A DNA stretch of 64,000 nt from an uncultured Solirubrobacterales bacterium. Lineage in GTDB: Bacteria > Actinomycetota > Thermoleophilia > Solirubrobacterales > JBBDJG01. Location: positions 324 through 64,323 of the forward strand of contig CAVSXO010000007.1 in assembly GCA_963731895.1 (NCBI GenBank), in the 5' to 3' direction. The notes below the pieces were generated by a model. It worked only from the letters and a program-made list of their open reading frames with translations, made no database searches and was not told the origin of the DNA. The translations under genes were made by a program, and so were the position numbers. This document shows positions 10,747 through 21,782 of the stretch, one piece after another; positions within the stretch are counted from its first letter, which is position 1; the number at the start of each line of letters is the position of its first letter.

Positions 10747-11728
10747 TGGCCAGCGCGTTCGGGGGCGAGGCCACGCCCCGGGTGAGGTGGAGCGGTGAGG
10801 ACGTCTGAACAGGAACGTGTAACGGCTGTCGCCCGCGCAGTCCTCGGCCAGCGCGTCGAGGACGAAGAACTCGCCCAACGGGATGCCGAGCAACGGGATC
10901 AACGCGGTGTGCACGAAAACTCCGGCATCGTCGAGCGGTCCTCCATGGCTGCCTGCAGATCCTCCGGTGACGACAACGCACCCGGCGGCCACACCTCCAC
11001 CGCCGGGTTGTCTGCGGCGACGGCCGCGATGTGCAGGTCCCACAGCGCGCGGCGGTGGCACATGCCGGGACGGAGGCCGGGGTTGGCGTGCTGCTCGGCG
11101 AGCGCCGCCTTCTCGTCGGCCGACCGCGCCCGGTACCAACCGAGCCAGCCGGTGCGGATCAGCAGCACGTCGCCGGGCTCGGACTCGACCCCCTCGTCGG
11201 CGAGGCAACGCACCACGTCCTCGGGATCGATGGGCACTGGCTGGTCCAGCTCGAGCGGGCGGCCGTCGGCCTCCAGCCACCGGCCGACGTCGGCCAGCAC
11301 GCCCCGGCCGACGATGCCACGGTCGGCCCAGTGGTCCACGCCGTGGTCCTTCTCGTCCAGCCCGCCGTAGAACCGGTGGACCGGGTGCGGGATGTGGCGG
11401 AAGCCGTCCCACTGCGTGCTGGCCTGCGTGTTCCACCCGTCGAGGACGTCGTCGTGGAAGATCGACGCCGCGTCCCCTTCACCCGTGACGGTGTGCTGCA
11501 TCGCGCGCGCCCGAACATCGGCGGGTCGACCACGTCGAGCGGCGCGTCCAGCGGGAAGACCACCCCGGTCTGCACCAGCCGGGCCGCCTCGACGACCCGC
11601 TCGGGGGTCAGGAGGTTGAGGCAGCCGAGCCGGTCACCGGCACCCCACAGGCCCCAGGACGAGCCCGGCGGTGCCCCGTCGACGACGGGCAGGTCGGCGT
11701 GGTCGGGCAGCGGCATCGGGTCGGCCAT
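10739..11728 (-). CDS. cyclase-family protein (putative metal-dependent hydrolase fold); frame breaks
   Basis: The N-terminus lies in ORF 11159..12262 (MADPMPLPDHADLPVVDGAPPGSSWGLWGAGDRLGCLNLLTPERVVEAARLV). The middle lies in ORF 10899..11501 (STQWDGFRHIPHPVHRFYGG...GDVLLIRTGW). The C-terminus lies in ORFs 10510..11436 and 10739..10981 (...GVASPPNALAIK). The family call is from memory. Confidence 0.45.
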
Positions 11729-11807
11729 GCCCCGCATCCTGCTATCAGACGGAACCCTGTGCGGACACGAGCCGGCGAGGCGACGCGGCCCTACGCTCGG
11801 GCGCCTC

Positions 11808-12771
11808 GTGGTCGACCTGCCGAAGCCCATGAAGGCCGTGTCCGGGACGCTGCCGGACGACGACGACGGCTGGGCGTACGAGATCAAGTGGGACGGGATG
11901 CGGGTCGTGAGCGGCATCGACGACGGGATCAAGGCGGTCAGCACCGCGGCCTCGACGTGATCCCCCGCTTCCCCGAGCTCGAGGGTCTGGCCGACCATGC
12001 TCCGCGGCCACCGGTCGCGCTCGACGGCGAGGTGGTGGCCTTCGACGGGCAGCGCACGGACTTCGGCCGGTTGCAGCACCGCATGCACGTGGCCAACCGG
12101 CGCGAGGCCCTCCGTCGGGCCGCCGAAGTGCCGGTCGTCTACGTCGTCTTCGACCTCCTGCACCTCGACGGCATCGACACGATGCCGCTGCCCTACGAAG
12201 ACCGGCGGCGGCTGCTGCTCGAGCTCGTCGAACCCGGAGGTGGGTGGTCGGTCCCACCCCACCAGATCGGCGACGGCGCGGCGCTGAAGGAGGCGGCCGC
12301 CGAGCAGGGTCTCGAGGCGTGGTGGCCAAACGGCTGGCCTCCCGCTACGAGCCCGGCCGGCGGTCGCCGGCCTGGCGCAAGGTGAAGGTCCGCCGGCGCC
12401 AGGAGCTGGTGGTCGGCGGCTGGACCGGCGGCGAAGGCAACCGGGAGGGGTCCTTCGGCGGGCTGCTCGTGGGGCACCACGCCGACGGCGACCCCGGATG
12501 GGCCGCTCGAGTTCGCCGGCTCGGTCGGCACCGGCTTCGGCCAGGCCGAGCTGACGCGCCTCCAGGGGCTGCCGAGGCCCACGCCAGCGAGCGGTCGCCG
12601 TTCCGCACCCCGCTGCCGAAGACCATCAAGGGCATCCGGTGGACCGAACCCGCCCTCGTCGTGGAGGTGGGGTTCGCCGAGTGGACCTCGGAGGGCCGGA
12701 TGCGCCATCCCGCCTACCTCGGGCAACGGATCGACGCCGACCCGGAGCGGGTGATCCGCGAGCCCGGCTGA
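11808..12771 (+). CDS. ATP-dependent DNA ligase (LigC/LigD ligase-domain type); frame breaks
   Basis: The KxDG adenylation motif is in WAYEIKWDGMRVV. Further blocks are ALDGEVVAFDG, VVYVVFDLLHLDG, GVVAKRLASRYEPGRRSPAWRKVK and AEWTSEGRMRHPAYLGQR. The GTG 11808 start is approximate. No Ku gene lies in the window. Confidence 0.75.
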
Positions 12772-12856
12772 GCCCGGTGCGACCCATGTCCGGTTTGTCC
12801 GTTCGAGTGGCCGGGTATCGATCCCATTCGAACATCGATGGGCGGTCGGAGGGTCC

Positions 12857-13252
12857 GTGCAGACGGCAACCAACCCTGAGATCGAGACCACCGTGGCCGC
12901 CACGTTCCCGGCGGAGGCGCGGAGTGCCACCTCGGCCCGCCACTTCGTGGTGCGGACGATCGAGCCGCTGGTCAGGCGGGACGTCGTCGACGTCGCGGCG
13001 CTGCTGGCCACCGAGCTGGCCACGAACTCCCTGCTCCACGCCGGCTCGGCGATCGACGTGCAGGTCACGGTGACCTGCGAGCGCCTGCGGGTGGAGGTCT
13101 GCGACGCGCACCCGAGCCGCCCGCACCGGCTCCATGCCGATCTCTACGGCACCTACGGCCGCGGTCTGGCCCTCGTCGAGCAGATGAGCGACAGATGGGG
13201 CGTATCGCCCAAGGCCGCCGGCAAGGGCGTCTGGTTCTCGCTCGAGCTCTGA
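12857..13252 (+). CDS. anti-sigma-factor-type serine kinase (HATPase_c_2, RsbW/SpoIIAB-like)
   Basis: Intact 131-aa ORF. It has ARHFVVRTIEP, an N-box-like ELATNSLLHAG and a G-box-like YGRGLALVEQMSDRWG. Confidence 0.6.
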   Translation: MQTATNPEIETTVAATFPAEARSATSARHFVVRTIEPLVRRDVVDVAALLATELATNSLLHAGSAIDVQVTVTCERLRVEVCDAHPSRPHRLHADLYGTYGRGLALVEQMSDRWGVSPKAAGKGVWFSLEL

Positions 13253-13326
13253 GCTCACCCGCCCGGGGCATCCCCGGTGGCGGTCCTGCAACAATCGGAC
13301 CAAAGACGGGTGCCGGAGATCGGGGA

Positions 13327-13709
13327 ATGGGCTGGCCACACCACTGACCGAGGACGAGATCCGGCTCGACGCTGCCCGCGCGGCCCGAGTACGCGCGGCT
13401 GGCCCGCCTGACCGTCGCGGGCCTCGCCACCCGCATCGGCTTCACCTACGACGAGGTCGAGGACCTCCGCATCGCCGTCGGCGAGGCGTGCTCCTTGCTC
13501 GTCGCCCCCGACCGGCGTGACGGACAGCTCGAGCTGGTGTTCCGGGACTGCCGTCGAGGCTGCGACATCGACGTCACCGGCCCTGTCGACCGCCCGTGTG
13601 GCGGCCGAGGACAGCGACCTCACCGAGCAGATCCTCGATGCCGTCGTCGACGAGCTCACGATCGATCCGGACGCAGCGTCCGGTTCCTGGTCAAGCACCG
13701 CCGACGTGA
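13327..13709 (+). CDS. second RsbW-like anti-sigma factor/ATP-binding protein; frame breaks
   Basis: ATG at 13327, then frame changes. The conserved sequence reads [53 protein letters not shown]...QLELVF. The stop overlaps the sigma-factor start (GTGACATG). Confidence 0.5.
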
Positions 13710-13710
13710 C

Positions 13711-14480
13711 ATGTGCCTGGACGACGAGGAACGCCAGCGCCTCCGGGAGCGGTTCGTCCAGTTCGCGCCAGACCCGCGACCGGGCGATCCGGGACGAGCT
13801 GATCGAGGCCCACCTCCGCCTCGCCGAGCACCTCGCCCGCCGGTTCGCCAACCGGGGCGTCGCCCTCGACGACCTCATCCAGGTGGCGTCGCTCGGTCTG
13901 GTGAAGGCGGTCGAGCGGTTCGAGCCCGAGCGGGGCCTCGAGTTCTCGACGTTCGCCACGCCCACCATCGTCGGCGAGCTCAAGCGCCACTTCCGCGACA
14001 AGGGCTGGGCGGTGCGGGTGCCCCGCCGCGTCCAGGAGCTGCACGTCGAGGTCAACACGCCTCGTCGGCGAGCTGACCCAGCGGCTCGGCCGCTCGCCCA
14101 CCATCAGCGAGCTGGCCCGGGCGGCCGGCACCTCCGAGGAGGAGGTGCTCGAGGCGATGGAGGCGGCCCAGGCCTACCGCTCGGCGTCGATCGACGCGCC
14201 GCGCCGGCGGCGACGACGACGGGCGCGGGCTCGCCGGCCAGCTCGGCGACGAGGACGCGCAACCTGTTCGCCGCCGAGAACCGCATGCTGGTCGACGACC
14301 TCGCTCGCCACCCTCCCCAAGCGCGAGCAGCTGATGCTGCGCCTGCGCTTCTACGAGGGCATGACCCAGAGCCAGATCGCCGACCGCCTCGGCATCAGCC
14401 AGATGCACGTGTCCCGCCTGCTCGCCCGCAGCCTCGCCCAGCTCCGCGACCGCCTCGAGCCGACGCCGACGGCAGCGTGA
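13711..14480 (+). CDS. SigB/SigF-group sigma-70 family factor; frame breaks
   Basis: Region 2 reads [84 protein letters not shown]. Regions 3/4 read [11 protein letters not shown] and [37 protein letters not shown] (ORF 14145..14480). Confidence 0.8.
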
Positions 14481-14498
14481 CCGGCGCCGTGGCCGGCG

Positions 14499-14940
14499 TC
14501 AGCGACCGGTGGAGCCGAAGCCGCCGCCGCGCGCTCGACGTGTCGGGCAGCTCGTCGACCGGGCGCGAACCGCGCCTGCTCGACCCGCTGGACCACCAGC
14601 TGGGCGATGCGGTCGCCGCGGTGCACCTGGTAGTCGGCGTCGGGGTCGGTGTTGACGAGGAGCACCTTGAGCTCGTCGCGGTAGCCGGCAGTCGATCAGG
14701 CCCGGGCGTGTTGAGGCAGGTGACGCCGTGGCGGAGGGCCAGCCCGCTGCGGGGCTGCACGAACCCGGCGTAGCCCGCGGGCAGGGCGAGCGCGATCCCG
14801 GTCGGGCACGAGGGCCCGGCCGCCGCCGGCCGTGAGCACGACGTCCTCGCGGGCCACGCAGGTCGGCGCCGGCGTCGCCCGGGTGGGCGTAGCCGGGCAG
14901 CGGGCAGGTCGGGATCGAGGCGGACGACGGGACGCGGCAC
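14499..14940 (-). CDS. dut: dUTP diphosphatase; frame breaks
   Basis: Conserved pieces lie in three minus-strand frames: [73 protein letters not shown], and GGGFGSTGR with its stop at 14499. Confidence 0.75.
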
Positions 14941-15002
14941 CTCGCAGCATCGGGCGGCCAGCCTGGCGAGCCGCCGGTCGCGCCGGTTCTACGGTCGCTC
15001 GA

Positions 15003-15585
15003 GTGCTCGTCTGGATGGACCTCGAGATGACCGGGCTCGACCCGGACCGCCGACGTCATCGTCGAGATCGCCACCCTCGTCACCGACGACGAGCTCGACG
15101 ATCGTGGCCGAGGGGCCCGACCTGGTGGTCGCACCAGCCGCCCGAGGCCGCTCGCCGGCATGGAGGAGGTCGTGCGCGACATGCACACCCGCAGCGGCCT
15201 GCTCGACCGCCATCGCCGCGTCGACCATCACCCTCGAGGAGGCCGGCGCCGCAGACGCTCGCCTTCATCAAGGAGCACGTCCCCGAGGCCCGCACGGTGC
15301 CGCTGTGCGGCAACTCGATCGGCACCGACCGGCGCTTCCTCGCCAAGCACCTGCCCGAGATCGAGGACTACCTGCACTACCGCTCGGTCGACGTGTCGAC
15401 CATCAAGGAGCTGGCCCGGCGCTGGTACCCCGAGCGTGCTCGACGGCGCGCCGCGGAAGGCGACCAGCCACCGGGCCCTCGACGACATCCGCGAGAGCAT
15501 CGACGAGCTCCGCTTCTACCGGCGGACCGGCGTGCTTCCGATCACCGCACCGCGCCGGCTGACGCGACGCGCACTCCGCCGATAA
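15003..15585 (+). CDS. orn: oligoribonuclease; frame breaks
   Basis: GTG at 15003. Conserved blocks are [13 protein letters not shown] (DEDD exo motif I), [58 protein letters not shown] and [18 protein letters not shown]. Confidence 0.75.
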
Positions 15586-15838
15586 TCGCTTGACGCCTTG
15601 ACCGGGGTCGGGTCCGATGATCGGGCGCCCGGTCCACCCGGGCGTGGCGCACTCGCCGACCGACGCCCGATCCGAGGACCCGATGAGCACGCAGACCCGG
15701 CACCTACCAGAGAGCGCGGCACCGCCGCCGGTGCCGCGCGGCCCGCGCCGGTGCCGCCGCGTCGCTGCTCCCGGTGGTCCCGGTCGCCGGTCGCCACGAC
15801 GCTCGCCGTCCGTGGACCGCCAACCCGACCTTGCGGTG

Positions 15839-15880
15839 ATGGCCGTCCAAGCACGGCCTCACCCCTGCCCCACGGCCTGA
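15839..15880 (+). promoter_or_regulatory. candidate leader uORF in the whiB7-like 5' leader
   Basis: ATG 15839 to TGA 15880 encodes MAVQARPHPCPTA. It contains the hairpin GGCCGT-ccaagc-ACGGCC (15841-15858). The ACGGCC/GGCCGT hexamers recur and can pair alternatively with the left arm of the downstream terminator. There is no clear Shine-Dalgarno sequence. This is speculative. Confidence 0.25.
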
Positions 15881-15921
15881 GGAGGCGGTTCCCTGATAGG
15901 CGACAAGGCCAAGAACCTCCG

Positions 15922-15958
15922 AAGGCCGTCGGGATCTCCCGGCGGCCTTTCTGGTTTT
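15922..15958 (+). terminator. intrinsic terminator/attenuator inside the whiB7-like leader
   Basis: AAGGCCGTCGG-gatctc-CCGGCGGCCTT forms an 11-bp stem with one G-U pair. It is followed directly by TCTGGTTTT and ends ~90 nt upstream of the whiB start codon. Confidence 0.55.
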
Positions 15959-16047
15959 CGGCCCCGGTCCACCTGCACCACCCCGCCCACCTGACACCAC
16001 CACCCAACGACACACCGACACCACGAACACCGGGAAGGGGACCACCG

Positions 16048-16392
16048 ATGATCGCCCTGAACGACGACCTGCAGCACCGATCCGAGGACCGCAGCTGGTG
16101 GGCCGAGGCCCGCTGCAACGACGCGGCCGGCTCCATGGCCGGGCTGTTCTTCTCCGAGGAGCTGCAGGACATCGCCGCGGCCAAGCGCATCTGCGCCGAG
16201 TGCCCGGTGATGGTGCAGTGCCTCGAAGGGGCCCTCGCCCGGCGTGAGCCCTGGGGCGTCTGGGGCGGCCAGCTGTTCCTCAACGGGAGGATCCTGGCCA
16301 CCAAGCGGCGCCGGGGCCGGCCGCCCAAGGTCGCCCGTCCCGAGGACCAGCTGCCCGACATCCCCATCCCCGAGCACCTGCGCAGCGCGTAG
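16048..16392 (+). CDS. whiB7: WhiB-family regulator with C-terminal AT-hook (WhiB7-like)
   Basis: RBS GGGAAGGGG precedes the ATG at 16048. The Cys pattern is C-x25-C-x2-C-x5-C (ARC...ICAECPVMVQC). It has the EPWGVWGG turn and the C-terminal KRRRGRPPK, which closely resembles the WhiB7 tail. The frame is intact. A UvrD2-like helicase nearby echoes the whiB7-uvrD2 neighbourhood in mycobacteria. Confidence 0.8.
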   Translation: MIALNDDLQHRSEDRSWWAEARCNDAAGSMAGLFFSEELQDIAAAKRICAECPVMVQCLEGALARREPWGVWGGQLFLNGRILATKRRRGRPPKVARPEDQLPDIPIPEHLRSA

Positions 16393-16417
16393 CGCCCGCA
16401 GAAGGCGAATGGGTCCG

Positions 16418-16446
16418 TCCTGCCCCCGGCCGAGCATCGGGGGCAG
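16418..16446 (+). terminator. candidate terminator hairpin after whiB7-like gene
   Basis: CCTGCCCCCG-gccgagcat-CGGGGGCAGG is a perfect 10-bp stem starting 26 nt after the stop. It has no U-tract, as in the I-shaped hairpins common in high-GC actinobacteria. Confidence 0.45.
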
Positions 16447-16484
16447 GATGGAGCCCGCGACCGACGAGCCGACAGCCACCCGGG

Positions 16485-17120
16485 GTGCCCCGGTTGGACC
16501 GGCGCACGATCCTCGTCTGCGTGGCGATCGCCGCCGTCGCCGCCATCGGTGTCTTCGTCCTCCTGCTCGACGTCCTCGCCGACGACACGGGCACCGCCGC
16601 CGAGAACACGGCCTCGGACGACGACCAATGGGTCCGCCGAGCACCGGGTCCGAGACCGGGTCCGAGACACCGGGTCCGAGGGCACCACGTCGACCTCGTC
16701 GAGGCCACCGAGGCGCCCGACGTGGCGTTCACCCGCTTCGACGGCAGCACCGCGAAGCTCTCGGACTACCGGGGCCAGAAGCTGGTGGTCAACTTCTTCG
16801 CATCCACGTGCATGCCCTGCAAGAAGGAGATGCCCGCCCTCCAGCGGGTGCACGAGCGCCTCGGCGACGACGTCACCTTCATGGGCATCGCCGTGCAGGA
16901 CGACCCCGAGGCCGCCGAGGACCTCGTCGACACGACCGGGGTCAGCTACGACCTCGGCCAGGACCCCCAGGAACGCTGTTCCACGGCTTCGGGGGCGTCG
17001 TGCTGCCCGTGACCGCCTTCGTGGCCGAGGACGGCACGGTGATGGACCTCCACGCCGGCGAGCTGACCGAAGCGGACGAGCACCCAGAAGGTCAGCGACA
17101 AGCTGCTCGCCGGCGGCTGA
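16485..17120 (+). CDS. TlpA/ResA-like thiol-disulfide oxidoreductase; frame breaks near the 3' end
   Basis: It has a membrane anchor and a thioredoxin fold with CxxC (FFASTCMPCKKEMP). The C-terminal third continues in the frame of ORF 16244..17371 (TLFHGFGGVVLPVTAFVAEDGTVM). The last part lies in a third frame (KVSDKLLAGG, stop at 17120). Confidence 0.7.
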
Positions 17121-17121
17121 C

Positions 17122-17983
17122 GTGGACGGCGGGCGCTCGGCCTGGCGCTCACCGCCGGGATGCTGGCGACGGTGAACCCCTGCGGGCTGCCGATGCTGCC
17201 CGCCTACCTCAGCTTCTTCATCTCGGACGACTCCGACGACGACCGCGCCGCCCTTCCCCGCCGTCCTCCGGGCCGTGGTGGTGGCCCTGTTCGTGGCCCT
17301 CGGCTTCCTGGCCGTCTTCGCGATCGCCGGTGGGCTGGTCAGCTGGGTCACCCACGACGTCTACGAGGTGACGCCGTGGGTCACGGTGGCGGTGGGCGCG
17401 GTGCTGCGTCGGGCTCGGGATCGCGATGCTCCTGGGCCGGCAGATCAAGGTGCCGCTCCCCCGGCTCGACCGGGGCGGCCGCACCCGCGGGCTGGGCTCG
17501 ATGTTCGTCTTCGGGGTCTCGTACACGATCGCGTCGATCTCCTGCACGCTTCCGGTCTTCCTCGCCCAGGTGTCCTCGACCCTCGGCAGCGACCTCCGGC
17601 GGGGCCTGCTCGTCTTCGGTGCCTTCGCGGCGGGGATGGCCCTCGTGCTCGTGGCCCTGTCGGTGTCGCTGGCCCTCGCCCGCACCGAGGTCGTCCACGC
17701 CCTGCGGCGCAGCCTGCCCGTGATCGGGCGGGTCGCCGGCGCGTTCCTGGTGCTGGCCGGCGCCTACCTCGCCTGGTTCGGCGTCTACGAGATCCGCGAC
17801 TCGGTCGAATCCGACCCGGCCATCGACCGGGTGACGGGCTGGTCGGGCGACCTCGCCGAGATCCTCGACGGCCGGGCCTACGCCATCGCCGGGGTGCTGG
17901 CGATCGCCATCGTGGCGATCCTGGCCGTGGCCTACGTGCGCTCGGCCAGGTTCTCGAGGAGCTCGAGCAGCTCCTCCCCGTAG
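17122..17983 (+). CDS. ccdA: cytochrome c biogenesis protein CcdA (DsbD-family transmembrane thiol transporter); frame breaks
   Basis: Conserved pieces are LALTAGMLATVNPCGLPMLPAYLSFF, FVALGFLAVFAIAGGLV and FVFGVSYTIASISCTLPVFL. They lie across ORFs 17160..17723, 17275..18336 and 17426..17983. Confidence 0.7.
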
Positions 17984-20624
17984 AGGTCGAGCTTGGCCGG
18001 GCCGATGCCCGAGATCCGCGACAGCTCGACCATGGACGATGGGCGCTTCACCACGATCGCGGCCAGGGTGGCGTTCGACAGCACCACGTAGGCCGGCTTG
18101 GCGATCTTCGATGCTGTGGCCGTCCGCCAGCCGGCGAGGGCGTCGTAGACCACTTCCTGTGCGGTCTCGGTGAGCTCGTCGCGTGGCGCCGCCTTCTTCT
18201 TGTCCGGCGCCACCTGGCCGCGCGGCGGAGCGATGACCTGCGGCTGGTGGGGCGCGGTGCCGTCGAGCTCGCCGAGGAAGGGCGACGGGCGGGCTCGCGT
18301 CGCCCAGCACGACGACCCGGTGCCGGGCGCGGGTGAGCGCGACGTGGAGCACCCGCCGCTCGCTCCTCGACGTCGTCGGCGAGGCGGTGCGGCAGCGACC
18401 CGGCGGTGACGCCGACGACGGCGACCCGATCCCACTCGCGCCCCTTCACCCGGTGCACGGTCGACAGCGTCACCCCGCCGTCGGCGCTGGTCGCGGCGCA
18501 GCGGCCGCCGCAGCCACGGCTCGAAGCCGGCCGGATCGGGGTGCAGGTCGGCCACCTGGAGCAGCGCCTCGAGGTCGTCGAGCTGGCTGCGACCCCTCGC
18601 CGCCCTTCGAGCCGGTCGAGCAGCTCCATGGCCTCGCCCAGCCCGACGCCGTCGCGACCTCCTCGAGCACCTGCGCGGGTGGTGCCCGACGCGCGCCGCC
18701 TCGATCGACCAGCGGCGAGGTCGTCGGCGAGGCGCTCGACCTTGTCGGCCACCTTGGCGTCGTCGAGCCGGGTGGCGATGCGCCGGGCCCCTGCACGTCG
18801 AGCCCGCGGCGGAACCACTTGGTGATCCAGTTGGGCAGGCCGCGGCTCGGCCGCCGGTAGACCTCGGCCAGGTCGTCGGGATCGAGCGGCGAGGGGCTCG
18901 GCGCGATGCGCAGGTAGGCGAGCGCCGCCCGCACGCCGGTGCGGTCGAGCACGTCGGCGCGCGAGCGATGGAGCTGCACCGGGACGCCCGCCTCGACCAG
19001 CGCCACGTGCGGGGCCAGCAGCAGCGAGCGGACCCGCGGCCAGCACCGCGATCTCGGCCGGCTCGGCGCCGTCCTCGAGCCAGCCCTCGCACCTCCTCGA
19101 CCAGGCGCTGCGCCGCCGGCGGCTCGGGCCGGACCGACGAGCGCCTCGGGGCCGGATCGGCGGCGCGGGCCCGGGCCGGATCACCTTCGCCACCCGGCGT
19201 GGTTGTAGGACGAGCAGCGTGGCCGCGCCGCGTCGACGACCGGCGCCGGGCAGCGGTAGTTGACCTCGAGCGGGTGGTCGCCGGCGCGCCGGGAAGAGCG
19301 TGGCGAAGTCGATGAGGAACCGCGGGTCGGCACCGGCGTGGCCGTAGATCGCCTGGTCGTCGTCGCCGACGCCGAACACGTCGAGCCCGGGAGCGGCGCA
19401 CCAGCCGCACGAGCAGGACGTGGGCGGGGGTGAGGTCCTGGAGCTCGTCGACCAGCAGGTGGCGGTGGGCGGCCTGCATGCGCCGCCGGAGGGCGCCGTC
19501 GGCGAGCAGCGCCTCGACGGCGCGCGTACGACCTGCTCGTCGAAGTCGACCACGCCCTTGCGGCGAGCTCGGCGCGGTAGCGGGTCGAACAGGTCGCCGA
19601 AGCCCGGGACGTCGCCCCGCTCCTGCTCGACCTCGCGCGGGGTCGCGCAGGCCGAGGCGGATCGGTGGTGAGCGCCTCGAGGTAGGGGCCGAGCGGGTCG
19701 GTGTTGGCCCGGCGGGCGACGGGACGGCGCCAGCCGGTCGAGGATGCGCCGCACCTCCCGCTCGTCGATGACCGGCGGCGCCCCGCCCTCGTGGTCGGCG
19801 AGCACGCCGTAGGCGAGGCCGTTCAGGGTCTGGACGCGGGCGCCGAGGCCGGCGGTGCGCTCGGCCATCTCGTCGCGGGCCTTGACGTTGTAGCGCGACC
19901 GCGAGGAGCGGCGTCGCGCTCCTAGCCCCGGTCGGCGACGAGGTGGCGCAGCCGCTCGGTGAGCACCCGGGTCTTGCCCGAGCCGGCCGGGGCGATGATC
20001 CGGGCCGGACCGGCACCGTGGGCGACCGCCGCCAGCTGGTCGGGCGCGAGGTCGGCGGTCGGCGCGATCGGAGGCGGGGCCACCGCCAGGCGACCGAGCT
20101 CGATCGAGTCGACGTGGACCACCGCATGCCCGCCCACGGCCTCGGGCGCGAAGGGGCACGCGGGGTCCGCCGTCGACCCAGGCCGGCCGGCCGTCGGTCA
20201 GCACCAGGTCGGCCGTTCCGTCGGGGCTCGGCGCCGCGCCGCAGCCGGGCCGCCTTGGTGGCCCACCACCAGCGGGCTCGTACCGGTCCGGGCGTCGTAG
20301 GTGTTGGCCCAGACCAGGAAGTGCAGGCGGTCGCCCCACACCTCGTGCTCGGGGCCGAGCGTCCAGGGTTCGACCCGCCACTCCTCGGGCTCGCGGAAGC
20401 GCGGACGGGTCGACCGCCAGCCGCACGACGAAGGGCCGGCGGGTGGCCCAGAGGTCGTGGAGGGTGGCCACGGTCGGGCCGGGATCGGACAGCACCGCCT
20501 CGTCGATGGTGACGACGGGGGCGTCCTGCCAGGGCGGCGGCACCGGATCGCCGGCTCCGATCACCACCCCGCGGCCGAGCGCGACGGGGCCCGGCAGGGT
20601 CGCGATCGGGGCGTCAGCGGGCAC
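17932..20624 (-). CDS. UvrD/Rep-family DNA helicase with C-terminal HRDC-like domain (UvrD2-like); many frame breaks
   Basis: Motif I is IIAPAGSGKTRVLTERL (ORF 19922..20137). Motif III is DVFGVGDDDQAIYGHAGADPRFL and motif VI is LHVALTRARHRVVVLGD. The HRDC-like tail reads KPAYVVLSNATLAAIVVKRPSSMVELSRISGIGPAKLDLYGEELLELL. About 190 aa of unassigned N-terminal extension precede motif I. Confidence 0.7.
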
Positions 20625-20705
20625 CTGAGCACCCTACGCAGCGGCCGTGACCCACCCTTCTCGTCCCTGCGGAAGGCCGCCGGGGTCGCCGGTAGGGTCG
20701 CCGCC

Positions 20706-21643
20706 ATGGACCTCCGCATCTTCGTCGAGCCCCAGCAGGGCGCCTCCTACGAGACCGCAGCTGGCCGTGGCCCAGACGGCCGAGGAGCTCGGGCTTCGAC
20801 GCCTTCTTCCGCTCCGACCACTACCTCAAGATGGGCGCCGGGCTCCGGCGAGCCGGGCCCGACCGACTCGTGGGTCACCCTCGGCGCCATCGCCCGCGAG
20901 ACCTCGACGCATCCGCCTCGGCACGCTGGTCACCTCGGCGACCTTCCGCCTGCCGGGCCCGCTCGCCATCTCGCGTCGCCCAGGTCGACGCCATGAGCGG
21001 CGGCCGGGTCGAGCTGGGCATCGGCGCCGGCTGGTTCGACGACGAGCACACGGCCTACGGCATCCCGTTCCCGCCACCGGTGAGCGCTTCGACCGGCTCG
21101 AGGAGCAGCTCGCGATCATCACCGGGCTCTGGGAGACGCCGGCCGGCTCGACGTTCACCTTCAAGGGCAAGCACATGGCGGTGGTCGACTCCCCCGGCCC
21201 TGCCCAAGCCGGCGCAGCGCCCGCGCCCGCCGATGATCATCGGCGGCTTCGGCCCCAAGCGCACGCCCCGCCTCGTGGCGCCCTACGCCGACGAGTTCAA
21301 CACGCCGTTCCTGCCGGTCGAAGGACGTCCCAGGCATCGCACGCCAACATCGACGCCGCCTGCGAGGCCATCGGCCGGGACCCGGCGACGGTCCTCCGCT
21401 CGTCGGCCGTCGTGGTCTGCTGCGGCAGCGACGAGGCCGAGGTCGCCCGCCGGGCCGCGGCGATCGGCCAGGAGCCCGACGAGCTGCGGCAGAACGGCGG
21501 TGGCCGGCACGCCGGCGGAGGTGGTCGACGCGCTCGGCCGCTACGCCGAGGTCGGCATCACCCGCGCCTACCTCCAGGTGCTCGACCAGACCGACCTCGA
21601 CCACATCCACCTCCTCGCCGCCGAGGTCCTCGGGAAGGTCTAG
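20706..21643 (+). CDS. LLM-class F420-dependent oxidoreductase (Rv1855c-like); frame breaks
   Basis: Conserved blocks are [143 protein letters not shown] and the C-terminal [14 protein letters not shown]. Confidence 0.8.
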
Positions 21644-21782
21644 GCGGTGACGGTCTTAGCGAGGCTGTGGAGCGCCAGCCGGAGCGAGCGCTGCCGGTGC
21701 CACCCGGATGGCGAAGCCCGACCTGCGAGGGGCCCGGCGGAGCCGGGAGGGCGGCGGCGGAGGTAGGGCGGGGGTCGCAGTG

